A stretch of DNA of 61,390 bases, filler included. It is 4 parts of 4 records of this genome, joined end to end, with 100 filler letters (N's around TTAATTAATTAA, not from the genome) between each part and the next. Parts side by side here need not be neighbours in the genome. Positions count along the whole stretch, not along the records: positions 26,362 to 47,192 come from SRR22947725_7843; 3 more parts are not named here. One strand, given 5' to 3'. This document shows positions 33,282-42,286 of this stretch, piece after piece. A program made the position numbers and the translations under genes. The notes under the pieces are model-generated. The model was given only the letters and a program-made list of their open reading frames with translations, did not search any database and had not been told where the DNA came from. Numbering within the stretch: position 1 is the first letter of the stretch; each line of letters opens with the position of its first letter.

Positions 33282-33376
33282 ATTTAGACTTAGAAAAAGG
33301 CTGAATTGGCCTTGAGAACTTGCATAACTTCTCCGAACGATTATCTATGGGCATAAACCCGTTTGGAGAAGTATTC

Positions 33377-35551
33377 TTGTCACAAAAAGTTTTATTAGTA
33401 ACTCCACCATTAACGCAGTTAAATACTCCTTATCCGGCAACGGCCTATTTAAAGTATTTTCTTGCCGGTCGTGGTTATGATGTAGAACAACTAGACCTCG
33501 GCATAGAGCTTATTTTGAAGATATTCAGTAAGCAGGGCTTAATGGATCTTTTTGCTCAAGTAGATGAACCCGCCACGGATAATTGTGACCGCATTTTTTC
33601 TATGCAAGCCGCTTATGTTTCTAGTGTTGATGCCGTTCTTCGTTTTTTACAAAATAAAGATTTGACTTTAGCTCACCGTATTTGCACACGAAAATTTTTA
33701 CCTGAAGCTCAACGTTTTGCTGTTCTAGAAGAAATGGATGAAAACCTTTTTGGTAAAATGGCCGTGGAAGATAAGGCTCGTTTTATCGCGACTTTATACA
33801 TGGAGGACCTTGGTGATTTTATTCGGGAGAATATCGATTCAGGTTTTGGTTTTAGTCGATATCAGGAAAAAATATCTGTTGCGGCGAGTTCTTTCGATCA
33901 GTTAAATCAGATGCTCGAAGAAGATGGTTCTTATTTAGATGAGATCATTCTAGAAATCCTCAGCTCTTCACTTAATAGCTTTGAGCCCGATTTATGTGGC
34001 TTTTCCGTGCCGTTTCCTGGCAATTTGTATGGTGCTCTTTTATGTGGCGGATATATAAAAGAGAATTACTCAGAGTGTAAAGTTCTTATGGGCGGCGGTT
34101 ATCCAAATACAGAGTTGCGCGAGTTAAATGACCCCCGTGTTTTTAACTATGTTGACTATATAACTCTTGATGATGGTGAGCTTCCTGTCCTAAGAGTTCT
34201 CGAAAAGTTAGCGGGCTCAAGTGGTGAATTGCAAAGAACGATGGCGTTGGAAGGCGACCAAGTTAGATACTATACGCAAAAAGAAAAAGAAGATTTCCCT
34301 CATACAGAAACAGGCGTTCCAGATTACTCTGGGCTTCCTCTTGATAAGTACTTAAATATCATTGAAATAGCCAATCCTATGCACCGTTTATGGAATGATG
34401 GTCGTTGGAATAAAATGACATTAGCTCATGGCTGTTACTGGAAGCGTTGTAGCTTTTGCGATGTAACTCTCGATTATATAGAGCGTTATGAAGAAGCACC
34501 GGCAAAGATATTAGTTGATCGAATAGAGATCCTCATCAAGGATACAGGTCAGTCTGGTTTCCATTTTGTCGATGAAGCGGCACCACCAGCAGTTCTCAAA
34601 GAATTGGCTTTAGAGCTTATAAAACGAGGTCTAGTTGTAAGTTGGTGGACGAATGTTCGTTTTGAACGAGCTTTTACAGATGATCTTTGCAGGCTATTAG
34701 CGGCATCTGGTTGCATTGCGGTATCAGGCGGACTTGAAGTCGCCTCAGACCGTTTGTTGTCTAAGATGAAAAAGGGGACTAATCTAACGCAAGTGGTTCA
34801 GTCTACCAGTGCTTTTTCACAAGCGGGAATACTGGTGCACTCTTACTTAATGTATGGTTTTCCTACAGAGACAGCTCAAGAGACAATTGATTCTTTGGAG
34901 GTTGTCAGGCAGTTATTTTCTTTAGAATTAATTCAATCGGGATTTTGGCATCGTTTCGCCCTTACTGAGCATAGTCCAATTGGCAAGAATCCGGAAGAGT
35001 ATGGGATAATTATAACAGGCCCAGAATTCGGTGGTTTTGCTAAGAATGAATTAAGCCATGAGGATCCACTTGGCGCAGACCATGATCTTTTTTCGTCTGG
35101 TTTAAAAAAGTCTTTATTTAACTTTATGCACGGAGTCGGCCTTGATAATAAGCTACAATTTTGGTTTGATTGCAAGGTTCCAAAGACAAGTCACCCAATG
35201 GACCTTATCAAGAATAAATATGAAGAGCAACAAGGCCGTAGAAAGTACCTTTCCAAAGATCGTGTTCTTTGGCTTGGCGGGGACCCTGCTTTTATCGTTC
35301 ACGATGAAGATGAGTCTTTGGCAGATTTGGTTCTACCTTACCAATCAGAAGATGTAGTCATTGAAATGGCCGCCCCCTTAGCTGAATGGTTAAGTCACCT
35401 CTTGACTCAAGTTGTTCCAGAAGAAGATGTGGTGACTTATGAAGAAATGGATCAATACTATCAGCAGTATTTTGGTGATAGTCTGAATACACTTACGACA
35501 ACAGCAGCTTGGCAACGCCTATTGTCCTCAGGCTTACTTTTCTTAAGATAA
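33377..35551 (+). CDS. B12-binding-domain radical SAM protein (start probably TTG 33377; frame open from 33320)
   Basis: N-terminal LVTPP..QLNTPYP, GGGYPN, CYWKRCSFC (CxxxCxxC), FVDEA, GGLE, YLMYGFPTET. Confidence 0.88.
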   Translation: MSQKVLLVTPPLTQLNTPYPATAYLKYFLAGRGYDVEQLDLGIELILKIFSKQGLMDLFAQVDEPATDNCDRIFSMQAAYVSSVDAVLRFLQNKDLTLAHRICTRKFLPEAQRFAVLEEMDENLFGKMAVEDKARFIATLYMEDLGDFIRENIDSGFGFSRYQEKISVAASSFDQLNQMLEEDGSYLDEIILEILSSSLNSFEPDLCGFSVPFPGNLYGALLCGGYIKENYSECKVLMGGGYPNTELRELNDPRVFNYVDYITLDDGELPVLRVLEKLAGSSGELQRTMALEGDQVRYYTQKEKEDFPHTETGVPDYSGLPLDKYLNIIEIANPMHRLWNDGRWNKMTLAHGCYWKRCSFCDVTLDYIERYEEAPAKILVDRIEILIKDTGQSGFHFVDEAAPPAVLKELALELIKRGLVVSWWTNVRFERAFTDDLCRLLAASGCIAVSGGLEVASDRLLSKMKKGTNLTQVVQSTSAFSQAGILVHSYLMYGFPTETAQETIDSLEVVRQLFSLELIQSGFWHRFALTEHSPIGKNPEEYGIIITGPEFGGFAKNELSHEDPLGADHDLFSSGLKKSLFNFMHGVGLDNKLQFWFDCKVPKTSHPMDLIKNKYEEQQGRRKYLSKDRVLWLGGDPAFIVHDEDESLADLVLPYQSEDVVIEMAAPLAEWLSHLLTQVVPEEDVVTYEEMDQYYQQYFGDSLNTLTTTAAWQRLLSSGLLFLR

Positions 35552-35706
35552 TATCTTTTAAAATCTAGATTTTTGTCAAAAAGAATTTAGCAGCGACAAA
35601 GTACAATCATATAAACTGATTCAGGCTTTTAGATTAGAGCCTCATATTAAAAATTTGTTGTGTGAGATTTTCTTTATGTGTTTTGTCAATACTTTGATTT
35701 CTAGGG

Positions 35707-38334
35707 GTGCCTGTGAGTAAAAGGACGCCTATTAAAATAAAAACTTCTTCGAGGGTGAATAAAAAATCACCTAAAGCGCCTAAAAATTCTCAGGCGAAAA
35801 TTGTCTTGACTTTACTTGTCATCATTATAGGGCTTTCATCAGTCTTACTAGGCCTTCCAAAGTCAACTTCTATAGCTGTCCTCGATAAAAAAGACAGTCT
35901 CGATATTGATGCTAAAAGTTCTACAGTAATCAAAGAAGAAATCCCCGAGGAAGTGAGCTTTACGGGTTATAAGCTAGATATGAGCAGTATTAAGCCTTTT
36001 ATGGAGAATTACTGCTATAAATGTCATAATAGCGACAAACAAAAAGGGGATGTTCGATTAGATGACCTACCTGTTGAACTACTTACTGATGCGGATGCTC
36101 AGTTATGGCAAGATGCTCTAGATGCGGTAAATATCGGTATTATGGTGCCTGAAGAAGCGAAGAAGGTTCCTAGCTCCGATGAACTCGAAGAGTTTATAGC
36201 CGCTTTAACTTCCGAGCTTCAAAATGCTCGTAAGGCATTCGGCGATTCGGGAGGGAAAGTTGTTCTGCATAGATTAAATCGCCGTGAGTATGTTAATACA
36301 TTATATGATATGCTAGGTGTTACAGTAAATGAAAAATCTTTGCCACAAGATGGTTTGCACCATGGTTTTGATACCGTCGGTCAAAGCCTCTATTTTTCTT
36401 CACTTCATTTTGAGCGCTATTTACAGACTGCAGAAAAAGTTATTAAGCAAATTATTGATAAAGGCCAAAAGCCATCCTTTCAAAAAGTTAAGATTGAAGG
36501 CGAGTGGAAGTCTAAGAAAGCCGATCAACAATTAGCCTGGTTTACTCGTAGAAAGAACAAACTCCAAAAGGAAATGGACTCCGGTAAGACATTTAAAGAA
36601 TTGCGTTACAATTCTCATGAAGAAATGATCAAAGCTCAAGAATACAATCAGTTAGTTTTGGATCGTTATAAAATCTTCAAGAAAGTTCCCGGTCACGATA
36701 CAGGTTTCTTGCCTTACAGAGTGGATCACCCTAATACTCAGCATTTTAAAATTAAGATCCCAAATGTCGAAGTTGAAGGCGATTATGTCCTACGTATACG
36801 CTGTGCTATAACAAATTACCCCGATGGCAAGAAATATAGATATCGTGATATTCAGCCTCTCAATATTAAGGACCAGACGATTAATAACGGTGAACCTGAA
36901 GATTTCTTAAGAGTTTACGATATCTCAGCACCACTGAATCAGCCAGAATACGTTGAATATAAGTTCCGTATGATTCCTGGTCAGCAGCGTGAAATTGATA
37001 TCCACAGCGAACGCGGAGTCAATAATCTTCGCTTGTGGGTCGATTGGGCTGAGTGGAGTGGCCCTCATAATGTCGAATGGCCATCACGTGGATATAAGTC
37101 TTTATTTTTTAAAGGTGAAGGGGCTCCTAAAAATAACGCTTATGCCCGTCAAATTATTGAAAACTTCGCTCGACTAGCTTTTCGAGGCCAGGAGCCGTCA
37201 GAGCTATTCATTGAAACCCTCTATGGAATTTATCAAAAACATCGTCGTGAAGTATCTTTTGAAGAAGCTTTAGTTTTACCTTTGGCGAGTGTTTTGACGT
37301 CGCCAAAATTTATTTATAAATTTGAACAGAAGTCACCATCAGAGAAAGCTCTAAATCAGTTAGAATTAGCTAATCGCCTTTCATATTTCTTGTGGAACTC
37401 CTTACCCGATACAGAACTTTATAATCTCGCTTTAAATGAGGGACTTAAAGGAGAGGGCTTAGCCGCACAGGTTGACCGCATGTTACAGGACGAAAAGTCA
37501 GAAAGATTTATTGAAAGCTTTGTGACGCAGTGGTTAGAACTCGATAAACTCAATGCGCTTACAAGTTTGCCAGGAGATCTGCTCTACAGTGCTCGTCGTG
37601 AACCTATTGAGTTTTTTCGCCATTTACTCAAAAAGAATTTAAGCTATCAGAATTTGGTAGACTCAGACTTCGTAGTCGTTAATCAAACCTTAGCTAAGCA
37701 TTATAAATTGAGTAATGGGGCGAGCCGTGATTTTGTTCCAGTCGCTTTAAAGTCGTCTTCAGAAAGAGGCGGTTTGGTCGGGCAGGCTGCGTTTATGATG
37801 ATGACATCTGAAGGAAAGAGAACATCTATTGTTCAGCGTGGCGCCTGGGTGATTGGGAAATTACTAAATGCAGAACCACCACCGCCGCCACCGAATGTTC
37901 CTCAGTTGGATCCAGGAAAGAATAAGAAACGCTTAAGTGCTTTGGAATTATTGGAGAGGCATAACTCGATGCCACAGTGCCGTTCTTGTCATAAAAGAAT
38001 CGATCCATTAGGCTATGCGCTTGAAAGCTTTGACCATCTAGGCGCTTGGCGTGGCCATAGTAAACACCATAGAATCGATGTCGAAGGGACCATGCCTGAT
38101 GGCAAAAGAACTTTTAAAGGTTTGAAAGAATTTAAAGAACGTTTGATGGAAGACCATGAAAGGATGTTACATGGCTTGGTCGAAGGCCTATTAGTTTATT
38201 CACTAGGGCGCCCATTAAGTTTTAATGATGGTGTTCTAATAGATGATTTAGTGAGTAAGGCCAGTCAAGGTCAGGCCGGGGTTCGTAGTCTTGTTAGAAA
38301 TATTATTTTATCCTCAACATTTAAGAAGAAGTAA
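35707..38334 (+). CDS. Planctomycete-type cytochrome c / DUF1587-DUF1595-DUF1592-DUF1588-DUF1585 protein
   Basis: N-terminal TM, CYKCH, RLNRREY.NTL, GFDT.G, ELANRLSYFLW.S.PD, RGG, PPPPPNVP, CRSCH..IDP.G...E.FD..G.WR. Confidence 0.88.
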   Translation: MPVSKRTPIKIKTSSRVNKKSPKAPKNSQAKIVLTLLVIIIGLSSVLLGLPKSTSIAVLDKKDSLDIDAKSSTVIKEEIPEEVSFTGYKLDMSSIKPFMENYCYKCHNSDKQKGDVRLDDLPVELLTDADAQLWQDALDAVNIGIMVPEEAKKVPSSDELEEFIAALTSELQNARKAFGDSGGKVVLHRLNRREYVNTLYDMLGVTVNEKSLPQDGLHHGFDTVGQSLYFSSLHFERYLQTAEKVIKQIIDKGQKPSFQKVKIEGEWKSKKADQQLAWFTRRKNKLQKEMDSGKTFKELRYNSHEEMIKAQEYNQLVLDRYKIFKKVPGHDTGFLPYRVDHPNTQHFKIKIPNVEVEGDYVLRIRCAITNYPDGKKYRYRDIQPLNIKDQTINNGEPEDFLRVYDISAPLNQPEYVEYKFRMIPGQQREIDIHSERGVNNLRLWVDWAEWSGPHNVEWPSRGYKSLFFKGEGAPKNNAYARQIIENFARLAFRGQEPSELFIETLYGIYQKHRREVSFEEALVLPLASVLTSPKFIYKFEQKSPSEKALNQLELANRLSYFLWNSLPDTELYNLALNEGLKGEGLAAQVDRMLQDEKSERFIESFVTQWLELDKLNALTSLPGDLLYSARREPIEFFRHLLKKNLSYQNLVDSDFVVVNQTLAKHYKLSNGASRDFVPVALKSSSERGGLVGQAAFMMMTSEGKRTSIVQRGAWVIGKLLNAEPPPPPPNVPQLDPGKNKKRLSALELLERHNSMPQCRSCHKRIDPLGYALESFDHLGAWRGHSKHHRIDVEGTMPDGKRTFKGLKEFKERLMEDHERMLHGLVEGLLVYSLGRPLSFNDGVLIDDLVSKASQGQAGVRSLVRNIILSSTFKKK

Positions 38335-38348
38335 AAAGGAAGTTTATC

Positions 38349-39611
38349 ATGAATAGAAGACGTTTTTTACAAAGTGGCGGCTCCTTATTAGCTCTTCCTT
38401 TTTTGGGAAGTCAATTATCCGCTAAAGATAATGTCAAAGCTCCAGTGAGAATGATCTTTTTAGGCTATGGGTATGGACCAACTAGTGATTGGTACCCTAA
38501 GATTAAAGAAACATGCCCTTTAGAAAATTTCACAGCGGCATTGAAGCCTTTACAAAAACACCAAAAAGATATTTCCTTAATTAGTGGTTTACACCATATG
38601 AATCATAAAGCGGTTCATTCTTCTTGCGAAACTTTTCTGACTGGGGCAGATACTAAAAGGACTCCGGGGCGTGCCTTCCATAACAGTATTTCTGTCGATC
38701 AGGTCTTCGCAGAAGCCGTTGGTCAGAATAATCGTTTTTCATCATTACCTTTATCTGATGCGAAAGTCGACGGTTGTGGTAAAGGAGCATCTTTATCTTG
38801 GGATGTCGTAGGGAATCCAGTTATGGGCATTCAGGATCCTTTAGATTTATATAATATGATGTTTGGTAGTGGACTCATCCCCCTTAAAAAGCGCAAAGCT
38901 TTATTGGCGGATCGCCGGAGTGTTCTCGATGCTGTCTTACATGAAGCTGGTTCATTAAATAAGAAGGTTTCTGGCGAAGATAAAGCAAAACTAGATGAGT
39001 ACTTTACGTCTATTAGGAATCTTGAGAATAGACTCACAAAAGAAGTTGAATGGGTCGATACACCACCACCTAAAGTAGACATTAAAGCGCCGCCTTCTCG
39101 CATGACAGGTATGGCCAAGTACAGAACTATGATAGATATGATGGTGATGGCTTTTAAAACAGATCTCACTAGGACCAGTACTTTTCGTATAGGGACAGAT
39201 GAGCTTTTAGCAGAGTGCAATAAAGCTCTTGGATATCGAATGGGTGGCCATGTTATGAGTCACTACAAGCTAAGTGGAGGTCCAGAACTCGAAGTAAGCC
39301 GTATGCGTGACCTTCGTCATTCACAGTTATTAGATTACCTTATAACACAGCTTAAGAATACTTCAGATAGTGATGGCAAAAGCCTTTTTGATAACACTAT
39401 TATTGTTATGGGGACAGGCGTACACACTCATCACAATTTAAAGAACTTACCCATAATTGTCGCTGGACATGGTGGTGGCCTAAAGCAAGGTCAACATATT
39501 GTCGCCAAAGATGGTCGCTTAGCCAACTTATACCTAACACTACTCAAAGCATCAGGAGTCCCTGTTGAACGTTTTAGCGATAGCGATGGCTTTATTGATC
39601 AACTAATATAA
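38349..39611 (+). CDS. DUF1552 family protein
   Basis: MNRRRFLQ.G...LALPFL, ISVDQ, SVLD, D..KLDEYFTSIR.LE, D.TR, G.SLFDNT, H...NLP...AG. Confidence 0.88.
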   Translation: MNRRRFLQSGGSLLALPFLGSQLSAKDNVKAPVRMIFLGYGYGPTSDWYPKIKETCPLENFTAALKPLQKHQKDISLISGLHHMNHKAVHSSCETFLTGADTKRTPGRAFHNSISVDQVFAEAVGQNNRFSSLPLSDAKVDGCGKGASLSWDVVGNPVMGIQDPLDLYNMMFGSGLIPLKKRKALLADRRSVLDAVLHEAGSLNKKVSGEDKAKLDEYFTSIRNLENRLTKEVEWVDTPPPKVDIKAPPSRMTGMAKYRTMIDMMVMAFKTDLTRTSTFRIGTDELLAECNKALGYRMGGHVMSHYKLSGGPELEVSRMRDLRHSQLLDYLITQLKNTSDSDGKSLFDNTIIVMGTGVHTHHNLKNLPIIVAGHGGGLKQGQHIVAKDGRLANLYLTLLKASGVPVERFSDSDGFIDQLI

Positions 39612-39718
39612 TTCAATATCCATCTTATTTTTTTATGTATGTGATGTTAGAGGCTTGTCTTTTACTAAAAAATTGTAAAATATCCAGAAAAAGAAGTATG
39701 CTAATTACTAGTTAGGGA

Positions 39719-40327
39719 GTGGGTATGGAAGCAGATAAGCATTTAACTAGGCAGACTTTACTTGAACGTTTAAAAGTAAAGCGTGATGACCATTCTTGGG
39801 AGGAGTTTGTCCAGTACTACCGTCACTTTATTTATATAATCTGTCGCCGTATGAACCAAAGCCATCACGATGCCGAAGAAATTACCCAAGCTATACTTTT
39901 GAAGATTTGGAAGGCTATTGAAAATTTTGAGTATGACCAAAATAGACGATTTAGGAGTTGGCTATACCAAGTAACAAGAAATGCCGTTCGCGATCATTGT
40001 CGTACAGTTACTCGTCAAAAACAACTCCTTGAGAAAGCCTCAGAATATGAAGTATGGGACCTCGGCGATGACTTTGACCTTCCTTATTTAGAAGAATTAG
40101 CGGAAAAGGAGTGGCAGAATTACCTGACAAATTTGGCTTTGGAACAGGTTAGACCTTATTTTTCAAAGAATGTTATGGATATTTTTACGCGCTTGATTCA
40201 CGGAGCTGAGGCGTCGCCATTAGCGGCAGAATTAAGAATCCCAAGGAATACAGTCAATGTCTATAAGAAGCGTGTTATGAAAAAGCTTAAAGAAGAGATG
40301 TCTAAGTTAAAGTTTGAGCTTAATTGA
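39719..40327 (+). CDS. ECF-type RNA polymerase sigma factor (PVC kinase-associated type)
   Basis: TRQTLLERL...SWEEFV..Y, HDAEEI.Q, RFRSWL..V..N, EW...L...AL, C-terminal HTH ending NTV..YK.RV...L. Confidence 0.9.
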   Translation: MGMEADKHLTRQTLLERLKVKRDDHSWEEFVQYYRHFIYIICRRMNQSHHDAEEITQAILLKIWKAIENFEYDQNRRFRSWLYQVTRNAVRDHCRTVTRQKQLLEKASEYEVWDLGDDFDLPYLEELAEKEWQNYLTNLALEQVRPYFSKNVMDIFTRLIHGAEASPLAAELRIPRNTVNVYKKRVMKKLKEEMSKLKFELN

Positions 40328-40330
40328 ATA

Positions 40331-42211
40331 ATGGACAATGATGGTCGCTCAGAAGAAATATTTTCTAAACTTATTCCCAATTTAAATGATGAGCTTGATG
40401 AAGATACTATTTTCCCTATTTCAGATGAAATATTAGAGCTAAAGTCACGTTATAGGGCAGGCCCTAAGATTGGCTCTGGCGGCATGAAAGATATTTTTAC
40501 CTGTAGCGATAAGCTGACATCTCGCCAAGTTGCACAAGCCCGCTTACATGATAGTAATGATCCAGAAATAGTCGAACTTTTTTTTAAAGAAGCTCGCTTA
40601 ACTGCTCATTTAGAACACCCAAATATCATGCCCCTTTATGACATCGGCTATGATGTTAATGGCGAACCCTACTTTACGATGAAGGTTATTGATGGCCATA
40701 ACCTTACTGACTTTATACAAAATATTAAAGAATTTGGAGAAGTCAATTTTCGAGAGATGATGGATATATTCTTGAAAGTTTGTGACGCAGTTGCTTATGC
40801 CCACTCTAAAGAGATTGTGCATTTAGATTTAAACCCGAATAATATACGACTTGGGCAATTTGGAGAAGTATTGGTCTGTGATTGGGGACTCGCTAAGTAT
40901 ATCGGAGAGGACGAAGAAACACTTACAGACTACTTAGAGTTTAATAATGAGGCGACATTGTATGGGGTTATTAAGGGGACTCCTGGGTATATGGCCCCAG
41001 AGCAAGTTGATATAGAACTTTCAGCTCGTGATCGACAGACCGATATCTATGCACTAGGTGGTGTTATGTACAGTTTACTTTGTTTTGAGGCTCCAATAAC
41101 AGGGGACTTAAAAGATGTACTTAAGCAAACTTTGAATAATGAAATTTTACCTCCTAGTAAATTGAATACCAAAACCCCTAAAAGCCTTGAGGCAGTTGCT
41201 ATGAAGGCCTTATCTCAGAATTCACAAGATCGCTATAAGAATGTAGGGGCTTTACAACAAGATATACGCAACTGGCTTGATGGTTATTCGACATCAGCGG
41301 AGAATCGGTCTTCTTGGAGAGACTTGGCTTTGCTCGTAAAAAGGCATCGTACCTTATTTATATTTGCGAGCTTACTGTTTGTCGCTTCAGGAATATTTAG
41401 TGTAGCGATAGTGATTAAGGAACGTCAGGCAGTTAGTGCTCTAAAGAGGTTTGAACAGGAGCGTTTAGCGAAAGAGGCCGCCGGTCGAGAGGCAGCTCCA
41501 CGTTTAACTCACCTAGCATTATTAGCGTTTAAGAATTACGATTATGAATCAGCAGAAGACATACTGCAACAAGCTTTTGAACGAGATCCGAATTCACAAG
41601 AAGCATGGCAATTAAAGGCGCGCTTTTCATTCTTTGAGCAGAACTTCACTCAAGCTGCTGAGGCTTTAGTAAAAGTTAAGCCTCCATATGAGCACAATGC
41701 GATCAAGAACTTAGTTAGTTATTTTCCTAATCTGCCCAAGCGCTTGTTAACTGCTGAGGAGTTAAAAACTTTATATAAAATGTATGGTGCTAAATACGAT
41801 ATCTTATTTCTCTATAATCGTTCATTTAAGCGCTATAGTCGCCCTCATCAGTTGGTATTATGTAAGACTTTTTTGAAGCTTCAGAATAAAAAAATGAAGT
41901 CATTAAAATTCGATTTTGTAGAAGAGGGCAAGAAGCTTTCATTAGATCTCTCCAAAAATACAAAGCTAGAGTCTGTAGAAGCTTTAGCCCCTCTAATGGT
42001 GACTCATTTGGATATATCAGAGACCCGCATTAATTCTCTTGCAGAGATATCACACTTACCGCTTATTGAGCTTAACTTAAGCCATACTTCACTGCGAGAC
42101 TTTTCAGAGCTAGAAGAGTATTTAGGACTGAAAAAGTTAATCATTTCGGCAGGGCAGGAAACGCGACTTCCATTATTATCTGAAAAAGTCGAAATTATTA
42201 TAGTTGAGTAG
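40331..42211 (+). CDS. Membrane Hanks-type Ser/Thr kinase with an atypical active site, a TM helix, a TPR-like region and C-terminal LRRs
   Basis: GSGGMK, F..EAR..A.LEHPNI, HLDLNPNN, DWGLAK, GTPGYMAPEQ, DIYALG. TM FIFASLLFVASGIFSVAIVI. LRR units LSLDLSKN, LDISETRI, LNLSHTSL. Confidence 0.9.
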   Translation: MDNDGRSEEIFSKLIPNLNDELDEDTIFPISDEILELKSRYRAGPKIGSGGMKDIFTCSDKLTSRQVAQARLHDSNDPEIVELFFKEARLTAHLEHPNIMPLYDIGYDVNGEPYFTMKVIDGHNLTDFIQNIKEFGEVNFREMMDIFLKVCDAVAYAHSKEIVHLDLNPNNIRLGQFGEVLVCDWGLAKYIGEDEETLTDYLEFNNEATLYGVIKGTPGYMAPEQVDIELSARDRQTDIYALGGVMYSLLCFEAPITGDLKDVLKQTLNNEILPPSKLNTKTPKSLEAVAMKALSQNSQDRYKNVGALQQDIRNWLDGYSTSAENRSSWRDLALLVKRHRTLFIFASLLFVASGIFSVAIVIKERQAVSALKRFEQERLAKEAAGREAAPRLTHLALLAFKNYDYESAEDILQQAFERDPNSQEAWQLKARFSFFEQNFTQAAEALVKVKPPYEHNAIKNLVSYFPNLPKRLLTAEELKTLYKMYGAKYDILFLYNRSFKRYSRPHQLVLCKTFLKLQNKKMKSLKFDFVEEGKKLSLDLSKNTKLESVEALAPLMVTHLDISETRINSLAEISHLPLIELNLSHTSLRDFSELEEYLGLKKLIISAGQETRLPLLSEKVEIIIVE

Positions 42212-42225
42212 CTCATTTAGTATAT

Positions 42226-42252
42226 TGTCACCGTTTTATATTTAGCCGCGTA
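42226..42252 (+). promoter_or_regulatory. Putative ECF-type promoter TGTCAC-N17-CGTA
   Basis: TGTCACCGTTT is shared exactly with the site at 44551; lies upstream of a sulfatase start. Confidence 0.5.
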
Positions 42253-42286
42253 TGACTTCTATGAATAAAATTAATAAGGAGTGGTA

